Shown piece after piece: positions 48,892 to 62,075 of a DNA stretch of 64,000 nt. The stretch is taken from assembly GCF_964204645.1 (NCBI RefSeq), contig NC_134026.1, positions 30,848,150 to 30,912,149 on the forward strand, read 5' to 3'. Under the pieces are notes generated by a model, which made no database searches, was not told where the DNA came from, and saw only the letters and a program-made list of their open reading frames with translations. The stretch comes from Tubulanus polymorphus (Eukaryota; Animalia; Nemertea). Positions within the stretch are counted from its first letter, which is position 1, and each line of letters starts with the position of its first letter. The position numbers were made by a program, and so were the translations under genes.

Positions 48892-51800
48892 TCAAATTGA
48901 AGTATTACAAATTACCAGTGTCAGGGATATTGCATAATATTGAGATTTCAAAAAAAGATAATTATGCATTTTATAACGTTGAATAAAAAGTAATTTTATA
49001 TTCAAGTATTATTATAAATATAATTATTATTATTATACAAATGAAATCAATGCCAAATCAGGCGCCGAATGATCACAGCGAATAATTCATCAATTATTTG
49101 AAATTACTGACATTAATTTCTGGTATTTTACAAAATAGCGTCGCTTTCAGTTGAATCTAATTATTATTTTATATAAATACATTTATCTTGTAAGAAACAG
49201 ATAAAAGATAATAAAGTATATCTATCGTATATCTATAGTTCAATGTTATATTCAGTTTCTCTGTCCCTTTCTCATTCTCCTCCCTCTCCTCATTCTCCTC
49301 CCTCGGCCCCCTCCTCATTCTCCCTCTCCTCATTCTCTCCTCTCTGCTCCCTCCTCATTCTCCTCTCTCTCTCTCATTCTCCTCCCTCGCCTCCCTCTCC
49401 TGAAATCAAAGTTACTGAACTACTTGGTACCTCTCGGATCGATTCATCGGATATAACAGTCAACACAATTTTGTTATTTTCGTACGCGACAACGAACTAT
49501 CAGATTTATAACGAACATATTTTCCGATTTCCTGAAGTTCGTTGTAACGAGGTTCCGCTGTATTTTAGCCTTGCTGTTGAAATAACAAGGCATTCGTGAA
49601 TATTACTATTACAACACGGAGGAAACTTCGAAATGTTAGTGGGATTTGATGTCATTGTTTGAACAACGTGGACTGTGTTTCATCTAAGCTGCAGTCGCAA
49701 GTAGTCGCGTTGAGAGGGTAGAAGTGAAAGCCCCGCCGTGCTGCCGACTGATGAATTGCTCTACAAGAAACTGAAGTTTTGCATCTATCGAAAGTAATTA
49801 ACGTTTAGTTTGATGACGTGAAAAGTGCTCAGCAAACAGATGAATAATCAGAACTATAAATTATTGATGATTAGTCATCAATTTCAAGTGGAAAACTGCG
49901 CACAAAAAGTGAACTTATTACGAACCATACATTTACAGATTTCTCTAGATATTCTTGATAGAGGACACGAAGCTGTCATTAAAGAAAATTCAGATGTTAA
50001 TTGAGAGAGAAAGCGACCCGGCTTAACGGTGCTTGGTTTGCTACCGAACCCACCACCGTTTAACCTTCAGACAGCATACTTGAAGTCATAGAGATAGAGA
50101 GAGAAGGGGGAGAGACAGAGACAGAGGGAGGGGTAGAGGGAAAGGGACAACTGGGTAACTGAGAAACGATAAGGACATATGGACGGGAAGAACCGATCAG
50201 CTATTTACGTGATTTCAAGAACCTTTTCGAGATTTTCAAAACAGATTTCATATTCATAAAACGATATAGGCTAAACGTATATAAGTCCATATAGACCTGT
50301 GGTACCAGGACCTTGATTAATACAAATATACGCAATTATTATGACCTGGCACTGATTCAAGTCACGCATTTAAGTTCAACGCTTTATTGGACAGAGAACA
50401 GATTTTACGAAAATGTACTGAATATTTCTGGTCAGAACATTAACACAATTACACTCGGAATTACAAATTGTTCATCAAAATCAGTGTGATGATTATTAAC
50501 CTAAATTAATTCTGATAGAACTGAAGGTTCTCGCTCTCTTCTTTCCCTCACGAGAATTACATTTATAGTCACTGTGGTGCGGTGTACTTATCCTCGGAAC
50601 ATATTGGAACCGCCATCGATCCAGCGGTTGGAAAAGTGCCACATTTGACGTTAATAAGGGTTTGCATATTAATGCACCACCATCTGTTGTCGATGTTATT
50701 ATTATTATATCGCAGACGCGACACAGAGAGCTCTAGAACAGACGAACCACATCTCAGCTGAGCGACGACGGCTTACTGAAATATTTACAGGTATGGTTCA
50801 ATACCCTTTAGTTTCATTGTCGGCTTTCACCCTTGATGAGAGTTGAAATTACGCAGTTTACTTCAAAATGTTTTAACCATCTCTTCTGAACCGCACGTGG
50901 GAATATGGGGTCAATCTTTTTTTCGTAAATCTTTTTTTTTTAGATAACCATAGCAATATTATATCGAAGACATAATTGTACTATAAGATGTGATAAGATC
51001 TACTTTGTTTTCTTAATGAAAAATCATCGTGTCGGAAAGATCCTTTGCATTTTATTTCTCCTTTGATTTTCCGGTTTTTTCTAACATTTCTAGGCCTTCT
51101 TTTAATTTCACAAATGTTAGTATGAAATATGAATTAATCACAGTAATGAAATATACAATAACATGATACGTATAAAACATGACTAAACAAAACAAAACAA
51201 TGTGATTGATTTTATCGATTATCAGTTGATCGATTGGGGCCCTAGAGGTACTTGTTGAACCCTGGGTCGAACCCTGGATAACAAATGTGACAATGTTTAA
51301 ATGTCAATATAAATACACAAGGATTTATTTGAGTTTCAAGGAGCTCGAATTGACTTTCAATGAATGAATGTATGATCAATATTTACAACACAAATAAACA
51401 CCGACAATATAAGAGTTTGTCGTAAACACAAAAACGATCAAATATGAAATGTGAAATTGAAAATTTTGAAATTATGCGGCATCTCAGATCATTTTCAGCA
51501 CTTGTCAAGCACCCACGCTCCGAAAATTCAGGCTTCCCAATATAATTGTTTCAATCCTCTTCAACGCTTTTTGTTTTCTATACTTGAAAATCGTGTTCTA
51601 AGCGCTAATGAAAATTCCGATGTTCAATCAGAAATTGCCAGTTTGAAGTGAAAACTATGATTTATTCACGTTGTTTTATGTTGAAGACCTTGAAGTCATG
51701 AAATTATTTTCATGAGTAATGGCGAAGATCTGAACCATGTACTGAGCGGACCACGAAACATCAATCATAATTCCACTATGCCTTGTTTATTTCAATCTCA

Positions 51801-52311
51801 ATCCAGTGGTAATCATAAACCGAAGTCATAAAAATAATTGTCGCGTGGAATTTCATATCGGATCGGATAATATGTTACACAAATTGACAAAATTAAGACA
51901 CAGTTATAAGCGACATGTAGGGGCCTATATGTATTATAGATTATCATAATCATTATAAATTGTAAATATTTTCTTGGTTGATGGTTGTGAATTAACCCTT
52001 TTGTATGGACTGAGTTCTTAGTCGGGTCTTTCTTGCTCAAACTCCTGCGGATCCAGAAAGTTTTATGTATATATGATAAATCATTCAATTTTTGAATCCA
52101 TCCTAATATACTCCATCGAAATTAGGAGTTCTAAAATACGTTTTTAGATGGTGATTTAGGAGGTGATTTATTTGCTCTGTTTTACTTGAACAGCTCAAAT
52201 GCTTTATTGATGAGAGTGGAAACATTCAGTAGGTCTGCTGTACATGACGCTGCAATTGTTTCGTGATCTCGATAATTATTGGCATGTAACTAGTAATGCG
52301 AGAGGTGGTAG

Positions 52312-52443
52312 AGGGGGAGAGGGGAGAGGGGAGAAGGGAGAGGGGAGAGGGGAGAGGGGAGAGGGGAGAGGGGAGAGGGGAGAGGGGAGAGGGGAGAGGG
52401 GAGAGGGAGATGGGAGAGGGGGAGGGGGAGAGGGGAGAGGAGA
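52312..52443 (+). repeat. (GGGGAGA)n purine tract
   Basis: Direct reading. Confidence 0.95.
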
Positions 52444-53012
52444 GTCGGGCTGTACTCAGTAGTGAGGCAGGATGTAGATGTATTCCAAAGTAATAATATC
52501 TAAGTCATCCCGCTGACTGATATAGAATAGATATTTTGTATGCAACACAATAAAAACATTTGTTTGCTACTGTAAGAAAATAAAAAATCTATGTGTTTGT
52601 ATCGCGATTCAATGAAAGGTAGAAGCAATTCCTATCCTTAACACCTGACTTGCGCAGAGGTAGCTGGCATGGGTGCACAGTAGGACGAGATGGTCCAGGC
52701 GTCACAGGAGATGTAGTAGGTCTTAACATTTACCTGGAAATCTCTTGATGTGGGGAATGACGACGATTGATTCCGGGCTTACATTTGAGTCCGAAATATT
52801 GGACGCAGGCCAAAGGGCCAAACTAACTATAGCTGCCCATCGGCAGAACTTCCAATCAAAATGAATGCGTAAGCACCCCTCTCTTCACCTGAAAAAAATG
52901 GAGCCGACCGGTCTAAATCAGCAACGCCAAACTATCGATGTTTGTTTGTATATGAAAGTAAATATTAATCTGGTAATTTTTCAGATAGGTATTCTAACCG
53001 GCGGCCAGAAAT

Positions 53013-53523
53013 ATGATCGAAGCTCGTTTGGTTCATCCGGATAAATTGCCGAAAATGAACGACGTACAGAATAAACTACTCGAAAAATATTTCCAGTCAA
53101 ACAGAAACGCAACAGAAATAGATTTGATTATTTTATCAGCCGAAGTTGACTTATCACAACAGGATGTTCTGGTAAATAGAATAGATGTTCCCGGAGTTCC
53201 CCGGTTATAGGCCATATCTCCTTATATTACATTTCATTATTAGAAATAACAATAAAACAAGGTTAAGCAGATTTATCTCTGAACAATATTGAACGAATGG
53301 CGATATGTATCTGATTTGCAGGGTCAGGGGTGCACTGAAGGACCAGTCTGAGGGGTCCGGGTTGCAGGATGAGGGATCGCAGGTTCTAGAAGAGCCCCTG
53401 TATTATTTCTCGAGTCAGAAACTGATTGAATTATTCTATTTGCAGGTTTGGTATAAGAATAGATTAGCGTTATGGCGTAAACAACAAGGATTACCCGCTA
53501 ACAGAGGTTCCGTCAATGATTGA
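53013..53523 (+). CDS. HOPX: Homeodomain-only protein, 78 aa
   Basis: Exons 53013-53171 and 53446-53523; C-terminus WYKNRLALWRKQQGLPANRGSVND matches the HOPX signature WFKQRLAKWRRSEGLPSECRSV; putative non-coding exon ending at 50790. Confidence 0.92.
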
Positions 53524-54357
53524 AATTATCCGCTTTTACACAAGACTTTTTCTAGTAGAATTTAAAATGGACAATCGGGTTTCAGTCTGTACAGGCATTA
53601 TATCACGTTGTACTATTCCATACAGACGTTTTTATTCTTTAAGACTAGGCTCCAGTTTAATGGAACTTAACATCGTGAAAGTATGACCATCCAGACTTAA
53701 AGGAAGCTGTATAAATCGTTTATAAAACGGACACTTGGATCGAGGGCTGTGAGTTAATAACATTTGACTCTGGCAGTTCCAGTTTGTTTAACTCCGGTAG
53801 TTGAAATCAAATAATTTTCGAATTTCTGAACAACCTGTTATATGACCCCAAAGTGCTTTAAACTTTCTCATTTTCGAATATTTGTTTTTGCCTGCTTGTA
53901 TAACGGATTCAATCGAACAAAACGTCCCGATTCAAAAGAATATTAACAATTCATATGATTATGTTTAAAATACGGAATATGCGTTTTATTTCTACAAACT
54001 ACACTGAGACACTGAGACTATGTTAAATACTATTACATTATCCAATAAACAAGAATTCTTCATAAATACATATCGATTGATTTGATTATATTAAATAAAT
54101 GAATTCAGCAAATTATCGTTTTTTAATTTATTTCATCTCTAGCAGACCACACTGATGCGGGTTCGAATATTTAGAAGTTGACATAATTGAAAAGAGGCAA
54201 TAAACTCCCAGGGGAACCAAGATCAACTCATCAACCACAAGTACACGCGATAAAATAGAAGCGAAATTGAATTTTGTAGACATTGTTCTGTAGTTGTCTT
54301 AAGCGAGTAACATTCTGGATGCAGTAACGTAAAGAATTTACTGCATTTCACTGACAG

Positions 54358-54598
54358 TAAATCGAGAATCCCCCCCCCAAACTAAACGGAAAAGATGAAG
54401 TCCAAAAAGCTAATTCCTTAAAGCTAATAATTGATTGAATCGACGTTGCGACTATAACCTAATAGTCATCTGCCTCAGGAATACTGTATTCCCGAGGAAG
54501 ATGACTACTCGGTTATAGTCGAAACATCGATTCAATTAATTGCTTTAAGGAAACCTTTCGGAATTCATCTTTGTCGTTAGTGTGGAATTCTTGATTTA
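54358..54598. mobile_element. Degenerate Penelope-like inverted pLTR with decayed hammerhead core
   Basis: Imperfect about 120-bp arms centred at about 54485; gaagatgacta...tagtcgaaac resembles family A. Confidence 0.65.
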
Positions 54599-54788
54599 TC
54601 GCCAAAACACTGAAATGGCGTTTCATCAATGGACATAATACTGGAACCCGGGACCCAGTTTCATGAGAAAAAGTTTAACTCAAATTTCCTGTTTGATTGC
54701 TATAGGTTATTTCATGTTTTCATTGATAGCAGCAAATTCAAATTTAACCGTTTTCATGGGACACCGGACTCTGGTGATCACGGGTTCA

Positions 54789-57700
54789 TTATTGCAGCTT
54801 TTTCAGATCATTTTTGCTCGGGAAATACCAGTAAGATCCGGTGACACATTTAGTAAGTCTCATTACGTCATCGCAATGACCACCGTCTGCACCAGATCCA
54901 ACCATTCTATCCAACATATAGTCGAAATTCTCCGGAGATTCGGCGTAGGCGATAAAAAACAAACCAGCTTCACCACTGAGACTTCCATAAGGCATCGATT
55001 GTCTAACTATCTCAAAACGTTTTTTCTGCTCAAAATTATTACCTATAAAATATATGTATACAGAAAAATGCATTTAAACAACACGAAGATTTATAACTGA
55101 CAATTAGTTGAAAATTGGGATGTCTCGTGTGGGACGCTAACCAGAACGGGCTGCTGGGTCAGAGAATATCAATGTTTTAATCGTCCCCCAAACTCCCGGT
55201 AATGCGCCTCTGAACCTGAGAGCGGTTCATAAAACAGCACGTGGCCCCCATTTAGCAGTTTAGCTTCAGTTCAGTTTAGTTTAGTTCCTCCACGAGCATT
55301 TGGCTACGGTCCTTTTCTTTTCAAAAATGTGGTCACACTATTTGGTTCATCGTAGTGTGACGTATTCGTGGCTCATTGTAAATTGTACGCACGATTTAAT
55401 CATATCGTAATAGGTGGCAGATTAGTTCTGACTGGCTCTCACACCCTCGCTCCCTCTCCCTTCACCCCCTCTTCCTCATCTCCTACTCCCTCCTCTCAAT
55501 GAAGTGAATGGTCCAGCATCTTACCCCCAGTCATCCGTCCCAGATGAGATGTTATTGACTTTCTCCTCAATTCGATACTATCAGGTTTAGATCTACCGAC
55601 CCACTGTTCCATCTTATCACCCGCTACAGCAAAAAAAACAAAACAAATATCATTACATATATATATACGTATTGATATGAATTAGTGATATTTCAAAATG
55701 ATATTCTTGATATTGAAAATGTGTCCAAACCTGAATTGATAACGTCAAATTGATGGATCCATTTCTGAGTAATGACGTAACTGGCACCGGTAGATTTTTC
55801 AACGGTTACAGATTGCCTGTGTTCTTCATCAGCTGGGTTCTCCGTACCTGAGCAGTATATAAACGAGCAGTTTTCATATCCCAAGCTCCCGATTTCAATT
55901 ATAGGCGATTTAATTTTTTGTCATCTTTGAAGCAACAAATATGGCATCGTTTTTTGTTGTTGATCTAAAACAACCGTATGCAATCAAAACTGATCACAGA
56001 CTATAGAACCATCATAATCTTACTGGTCTATTGAGCTCAGACTGGTTGCAATTGGCTGCTTGGGTTGGGGTTTTACATCCAATTTCATTCGACCAAGAAA
56101 CTCTGCCAACACCACCAGGGCCCGGATTTATAGGCTGGTATCATTCTTAACCCGGGGGCTAACTCAATTGAAAACGAATTAAGTTAACAAAGGTAATACT
56201 ACCAGTCTATAAAACGGGGCCCAGGATTCGGATACATTCAACCCTGGATTGGTCGAGGGATACTTACCATCGATAAATCCTGATAAATCGCGACCGTTTT
56301 TATAAACGAAACTATAAACATCTTCGAATTGTTTCACGGCTCCGGGTGGAAATTGTTTCAGAATAATTTGAGTTAATTCGAATAAATTGCTGTATGTATC
56401 AGATTTAGCGTGTATGAATATATCACCACCAGTGCTGGGTAAATCTCCTAACGCACCCTTTCTGTGCGCGTAATTAAACTCTTTCTCTGTTTTTCCGGCC
56501 ACCTACAAACAGAACGATAATTCAAATGCGTACAGTAATGATACGTATAATTCTGGAATATTTGTCATTTATTGCTTCCCGGGGACCAATTCCCAACCAC
56601 TCGCTCGAATCTGTGTTAGATCCCTATTTCAAGAATAGCTGTACATCAATGATAGGAACATGGGGAAACAATAAAAACATTTTCGGACTTTAAGATAAAA
56701 TCCCACTATTTACAGATTAAAAGAATTTAAAAACAAGAATTTATTTATTAAATCTAAAATATCTAAAAGACACGACGTTTCGATCTCACCCTAGAGATCA
56801 TCGTCAGAGATCATCGTCACCTGACGATGATCTCTAGGGTGAGATCGAAACGTCGTGTCTTTTAAATATTTTAGATTTAATAAATAAATTCTTGTTTTTA
56901 AATTCTTTTAATCTGTAAATAGTGGGATTTTATCTTATTATCCGTTCACCACGTTTGAGTGTGGTTATCGTTCTATTTTCGGACTTTATTTTTTCATCAT
57001 ATTATTGTTGGATTGCCTCTATATCATAGGAGGGCACAGACACTGGGTTGGTCATTGATACTGTTTTCATTCATTCACTGTAAGATGGTCACATTGGTTT
57101 CAACATCTTTGAAGTTGACTAATGAAGTGTTTCTATAACGGGATCCTAATCTAAATTCATTTCTAAAATATTATATAAAATTCTAAACTTCATTTACTTT
57201 TCGATAAAAGTCCGGACCGAATCCGACTCCGGCTAAAATCTCTTCCTCGTCATCGCGATCTTTAGGAGGTACCACGTGATCCACGTAACGCTGTAGATTG
57301 GCTGCAATCTTAGCGCACGTTTGGACGTTAGCGTTTGAATTCAAATGAATCCATATATAAACGGCATGCTTCTTCGTCTCAGAATAAACCTGTCGATATA
57401 ACGAAAGACATACATTAATTCAATCAATCTAAATATAAATTGCAGAAGTATTTCAAGCAGATACCAGTTTTTGTATTGTTCGTTCTTATCTGGTCGATTT
57501 ATTACCTTAAGGCTTTAGGGAATCAGATTGTGTGTATCAATTTTCAATACGGGATATCGACAAATTCAAGTTCTTGAATTACTCGTTTGATGGCGCTAGT
57601 CAGAACCGGAAATTGGAACCTAAATCCGCCATGTTCTAGTTCATTTGCAATAAAAATCTCTCGCTTCAAGTTTTTAGTTAGCGATATTTTACTTACTATA

Positions 57701-58891
57701 CATAGGCACGTATAATCCTTTACGTATGATATCTTGGCAATGTGTTGAATTCGATAAAACCTCACTTTGAACGCTAAAGATCACTAGAAATGTGAAAAAA
57801 CTACCAAAAATCACAAATTTAGCGATGACGCTCGAAGCAGCTAACGGAAGTAATGACTGGTGCCGGGTGTCATCGCTTTGTTGTTGAGTTCAAGACTCTA
57901 AGGTGAATTCATTGCAGGCTACACTGATAAATATGAAATCATATTACGAAATGAAATTGATGTTAGAAGGAGTACACCCGTAGATTCATAATAAAAATAT
58001 GAAAAGTACCAGGACTCGAACCAACAATCGAAATTGGGCCGTCAAGTGCTGCCACCATGTAATACCTGGCAACCAGTCTTTACATCTTCAGCCGTTGCAA
58101 AATGTTTTTTGATAATTTTAGGACACTTATAGTGATTTTTAGCCTTTGCAGTGAGGTTTTATCATATCCAACGTAGCGGTAGGATAACATATTTAAAGGA
58201 TTATGCGTAATGATGTATAGTAAATAAAATATCGCTCATTGAAAACTTGAAGCGAGAGATTTTCATTGCAAATGAACTAGAGCATGGAGGATTTAGGTTC
58301 AAATTTCCGGTTCTGACTAGCGCCATCAAACGAGTAATTCAAGAACGTGAATTTGTCGATATCCCGTATTGAAAGAGATTTTCTTAAGTGAAGATTGATA
58401 ATAAAGGTTCTGAAATTGCATCCGATGGAAATGACAAATTTCGGGACCCCGAGATTATCTTGGGATTCTGGAACACCCATGTCCTAAATCCCAGACCCTG
58501 TTGGTTCACGCTATAGTTGCCCTACTGAGAGCCCTGATTGTAGACACCTACACTCGGTTGACTTTCCGGAACATTAGCCGCCTTCACAACAGGAACAGTT
58601 ACAACATCGTCACGCAGTATTGGCAGGATATTTTTCGCTGCGTAGATTCCTAATCCAGATGCAGCCAGTACAGCTCCGCCAGTAACAACCTTCTTATACA
58701 GCGACGAGCGTACGGTAGACCCAGCCCCGTGGATACCACGAACTATAACACCGAATCAGGAGAGCTTTAATTAGAATATACCACGATCCGCTTTTTCAAG
58801 CGCTATAGCAGAAATACCAACCTCCATTTTTGTTGAAGGAACACGATCTGATTCTGCCTAGGATCCGTTCGATACCCCCTCGTACTGCCAT
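54789..58891 (-). CDS. Dye-decolorizing peroxidase (DyP, YfeX/DyP-B-like), 385 aa, with N-terminal presequence and TM segment
   Basis: Exons 58891-58822, 58742-58552, 57389-57198, 56502-56268, 55847-55731, 55623-55525, 55042-54789 join in frame; GRDLSGFIDGTENP, QKWIH, VGRSK, SHLGR (proximal His), IVRQSMPYG, GLFFIAY, TGSYWYFPS. Confidence 0.93.
56691..56974. mobile_element. Penelope-like inverted pLTR element (family B) with hammerhead ribozyme cores
   Basis: 117-bp arms 56691-56807/56821-56937 (1 mismatch seen), 37-nt tail 56938-56974, TSD attttcggactt (56679-56690, 56975-56986). Confidence 0.88.
56818..56857 (+). ncRNA. Minimal type I hammerhead ribozyme (mirror copy on minus strand about 56771-56807)
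   Basis: cac-CTGACGA-T-GATCTC(tagggt)GAGATC-GAAAC-GTC-gtg. Confidence 0.8.
57542..58374. mobile_element. Foldback-type element with over 300-bp TIRs in DyP intron 2
   Basis: tttcaatacgggatatcgacaaattca... is inverted relative to ...tgaatttgtcgatatcccgtattgaaa; identity decays inward. Confidence 0.85.
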
Positions 58892-59317
58892 GATTCCGGT
58901 TTACACACACACTCACACGACCGGTTTTTAAAACGAGTCCTATAGATTACAGTGTACTTAAAATAAGTCCTTCAAAATTACCCTATTTATTTATCACTGT
59001 TTGCGCAGTATAGATATAATGCTGTATTACACTTGCAGCGCTAGCGGTATACGATACTGACGCGTCATGAATAGCTAGACCTGTATTCAACAGATTGTTC
59101 ATTAAAAAAACCATAGAACACAAGTATAAAGTATGCCATGAATTCATTACATATCGTTTTGAATGTTTCTTATTGTGTAAGATACTTCACTGAATATATA
59201 TTATATATATATATCAATCTGCGGCCAGCAAAACCTCAATACTACCCTCTCAACCTGGACTTTACAACCTCACTGCCTGAACGTTGTACGCCTTCAGCAG
59301 CCTGGATGCTGCACTCA

Positions 59318-60087
59318 ACCTGGACCCTACACCCCTGAGACTGGACCCTGCACCCCTGAGACTGGACCCTGCACCCCTGAGACTGGACCCTGCACCCCTG
59401 AGACTGGACCCTACACCCCTGAGACTGGACCCTAGCTGCATCCATGAGACTGGACCCTGCACCCTACACCCCTGAGACTGGACCCTGCACCCTACACCCC
59501 TGAGACTGGACCCTGCACCCTAGACCCCTGAGACTGGACCCTGTACCCTGAGACTGGACCCTACACCCCTGAGACTGGACCCTGCATCCATGAGACTGGA
59601 CCCTGCATCCATGAGACTGGACCCTGCACCCCTGAGACTGGACCCTGCACCCCTGAGACTGGACCCTGCACCCCTGAGACTGGACCCTGCACCCTACACC
59701 CCTGAGACTGGACCCTGCACCCTACACCCCTGAGACTGGACCCTGCACCCTAGACCCCTGAGACTGGACCCTGTACCCTGAGACTGGACCCTACACCCCT
59801 GAGACTGGACCCTGCATCCATGAGACTAGACCCTGCATCCATGAGACTGGACCCTGCACCCCTGAGACTGGACCCTGCACCCATGAGACTGGACCCTGCA
59901 TCCATGAGACTGGACCCTGCACCCCTGAGACTGGACCCTGCATCCATGAGACTGGACCCTGCGCCCTACACCCCTGAGACTGGACCCTGCACCCTACACC
60001 CCTGAGACTGGACCCTGTACCCTGAGACTGGACCCTGCATCCATGAGACTGGACCCTACACCCTGCATCCATGAGACTGGACCCTGC
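59318..60087. repeat. 21-bp (and 28-bp variant) minisatellite
   Basis: Unit ccctgagactggaccctgcac; explains the LRLDPAP-type ORFs. Confidence 0.95.
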
Positions 60088-60494
60088 TCCTCCCCACAAC
60101 CGACGCTGCACCATTCCTCGTTCATTCTCCTCAGAGCTGTCAGAGATTATGTCACAAATTGATGAAGAGCTAATTCTTATGCGTCAGAAATAACAAAAAC
60201 AACTAATTTTTGAGAACTATGAAGAGTTGATCATATACAAAATGTTTATTCATCGGTATTTGAATAATTTACACATAAAATTAATAACTATATATATATT
60301 AACAATAGGAACCAGCCGAACATGACTGCATCTACTACTACTAAATATACCGGTACAATATGACTAGGTTTTAGCATCTACAATCATTGAATAGATTTAC
60401 AGAAATACACGAAATAAAATACAACACAAATATTGAAGGAATGTTGAAATTTAAGATGTATCAATAGTTTTGTACACTGAAATTGATCAAGGCT

Positions 60495-60940
60495 TAGATT
60501 TAAGACCAGCGCAAGCTTAGCTTAGGACCAGTTTAAGTCCATTTTGGTTCTATAGCCAATCTAACAACTTAGGACTAGTTTAAGCTCAATTTGGTTCTAT
60601 AGCCAATCTAACAACTTAAGACCAGTTTAAGCTCAATTTGGTTCTATAGCCAATCTAACAACTTAAGACCAGTCTAAGTCCATTTTGGTTCTATAGCCAA
60701 TCTAACAACTTAAGACCAGTTTAAGTCCATTTTGGTTCTATAGCCAATCTAACAACTAAAGACCAGTCTAAGTCCATTTTGGTTCTATAGCCAATCTAAA
60801 AACTTAAGACCATTCTAAGTCCATTTTGGTTCTATAGCCAATCTAACAACTTAAGACCAGTCTAAGTCCATTTTGGTTCTATAGCCAATCTAACAACTTA
60901 AGACCAGTCTAAGTCCATTTTGGTTCTATAGCCAATCTAG
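60495..60940. repeat. 47-bp tandem repeat, about 9 copies, derived from the Harbinger MITE interior
   Basis: Unit tagccaatctaacaacttaagaccagtctaagtccattttggttcta resembles 36065-36105. Confidence 0.9.
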
Positions 60941-62075
60941 TCATGAATACATACTTCGACTGATTGAATATCATTAAGAAGCACATTGAATAGTATCAAA
61001 CTGGAGTTTATCAATAGAATGGAATGTTTTGAATCATCTTGGAATGTTCTTTTTTATCGTAATACTTAAATTACTAAAATGATAATGCAATTATCACGGA
61101 TTAGAGTTAATACATGATTATCATGAATTGTATAAATTCATATAATCAAAATGGAATGTGAAAACAATTTACAAAAGCAATTCTGAAAAAAAAATTAGCG
61201 AATCTAGCACAATAAAAACCTATATTGATGTATATTAGATCTATCATACACTTTCCTCATTAACCTCGAAACAAATACAAATTCATGATTAAATAAATTA
61301 TATCATAAAATATGATGATATTAAACACCAAAATGTAAAACATTCAGATCTCAAATGATATTACGCATTTAAACAATTGAAATGAGCTGAATGAATGTTG
61401 TCTTGTCAAATAGTACATACTATACACATAACAGTGAGAAAACGAGACAGAACAACAGAAACAAAGCCATCTATGATATATCAATATCAATCTATGATAT
61501 ATCATTATCAATCTACTAGGATATATCATTAACAATCTATGATCTATCACTAATATAATATATCATTGAGATCTATGATATAATTATATCATTGATATCT
61601 ATGATATAATTATATCATTGATAGTCTATGATATATCGTAAATTGCGTATGATATATCAACAATAGCAATTAGTACATAATAGCATATAGTATATCATTA
61701 ATCTATGATTTATCGTTATATTCTTATGATTTATCGTTAAAATCTTATGATATATCATTAATAGAATAGAAACAACATGATTTATAGAAATATTTTACAG
61801 AGTAAAAGAATACTTTTATATAAAATACAAATATACACTATAGTATAGGTGTAGCCTATAGATTGGATGGAATTACACTGTAACAACACATTGAGTCAGC
61901 GTTCAATTTCTCATTCACAAACTTTTCAAACTTCAGCATAAAAACATTCAGAGTAATACTAAAATAATTAAGTACTCCTTCACTTAGAATTATAATCGGT
62001 ATAAAACCAGAAATTCGCAAATTTTGATTTCAGATTTTCTCTCGATGAATAAAGATCTCGATTGCGACGATGATT

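Noticed and set aside
49745-49782. CTGATGA...GAAAC as another hammerhead (also at about 9654)
   Set aside because: Stems I and II are too weak and lack the G-C closing pair
54629-55100. Plus-strand ORFs 54629 and 54663, also 42975, 44327 and 62341
   Set aside because: Antisense shadows of DyP, MGAT2 and LDLa exons
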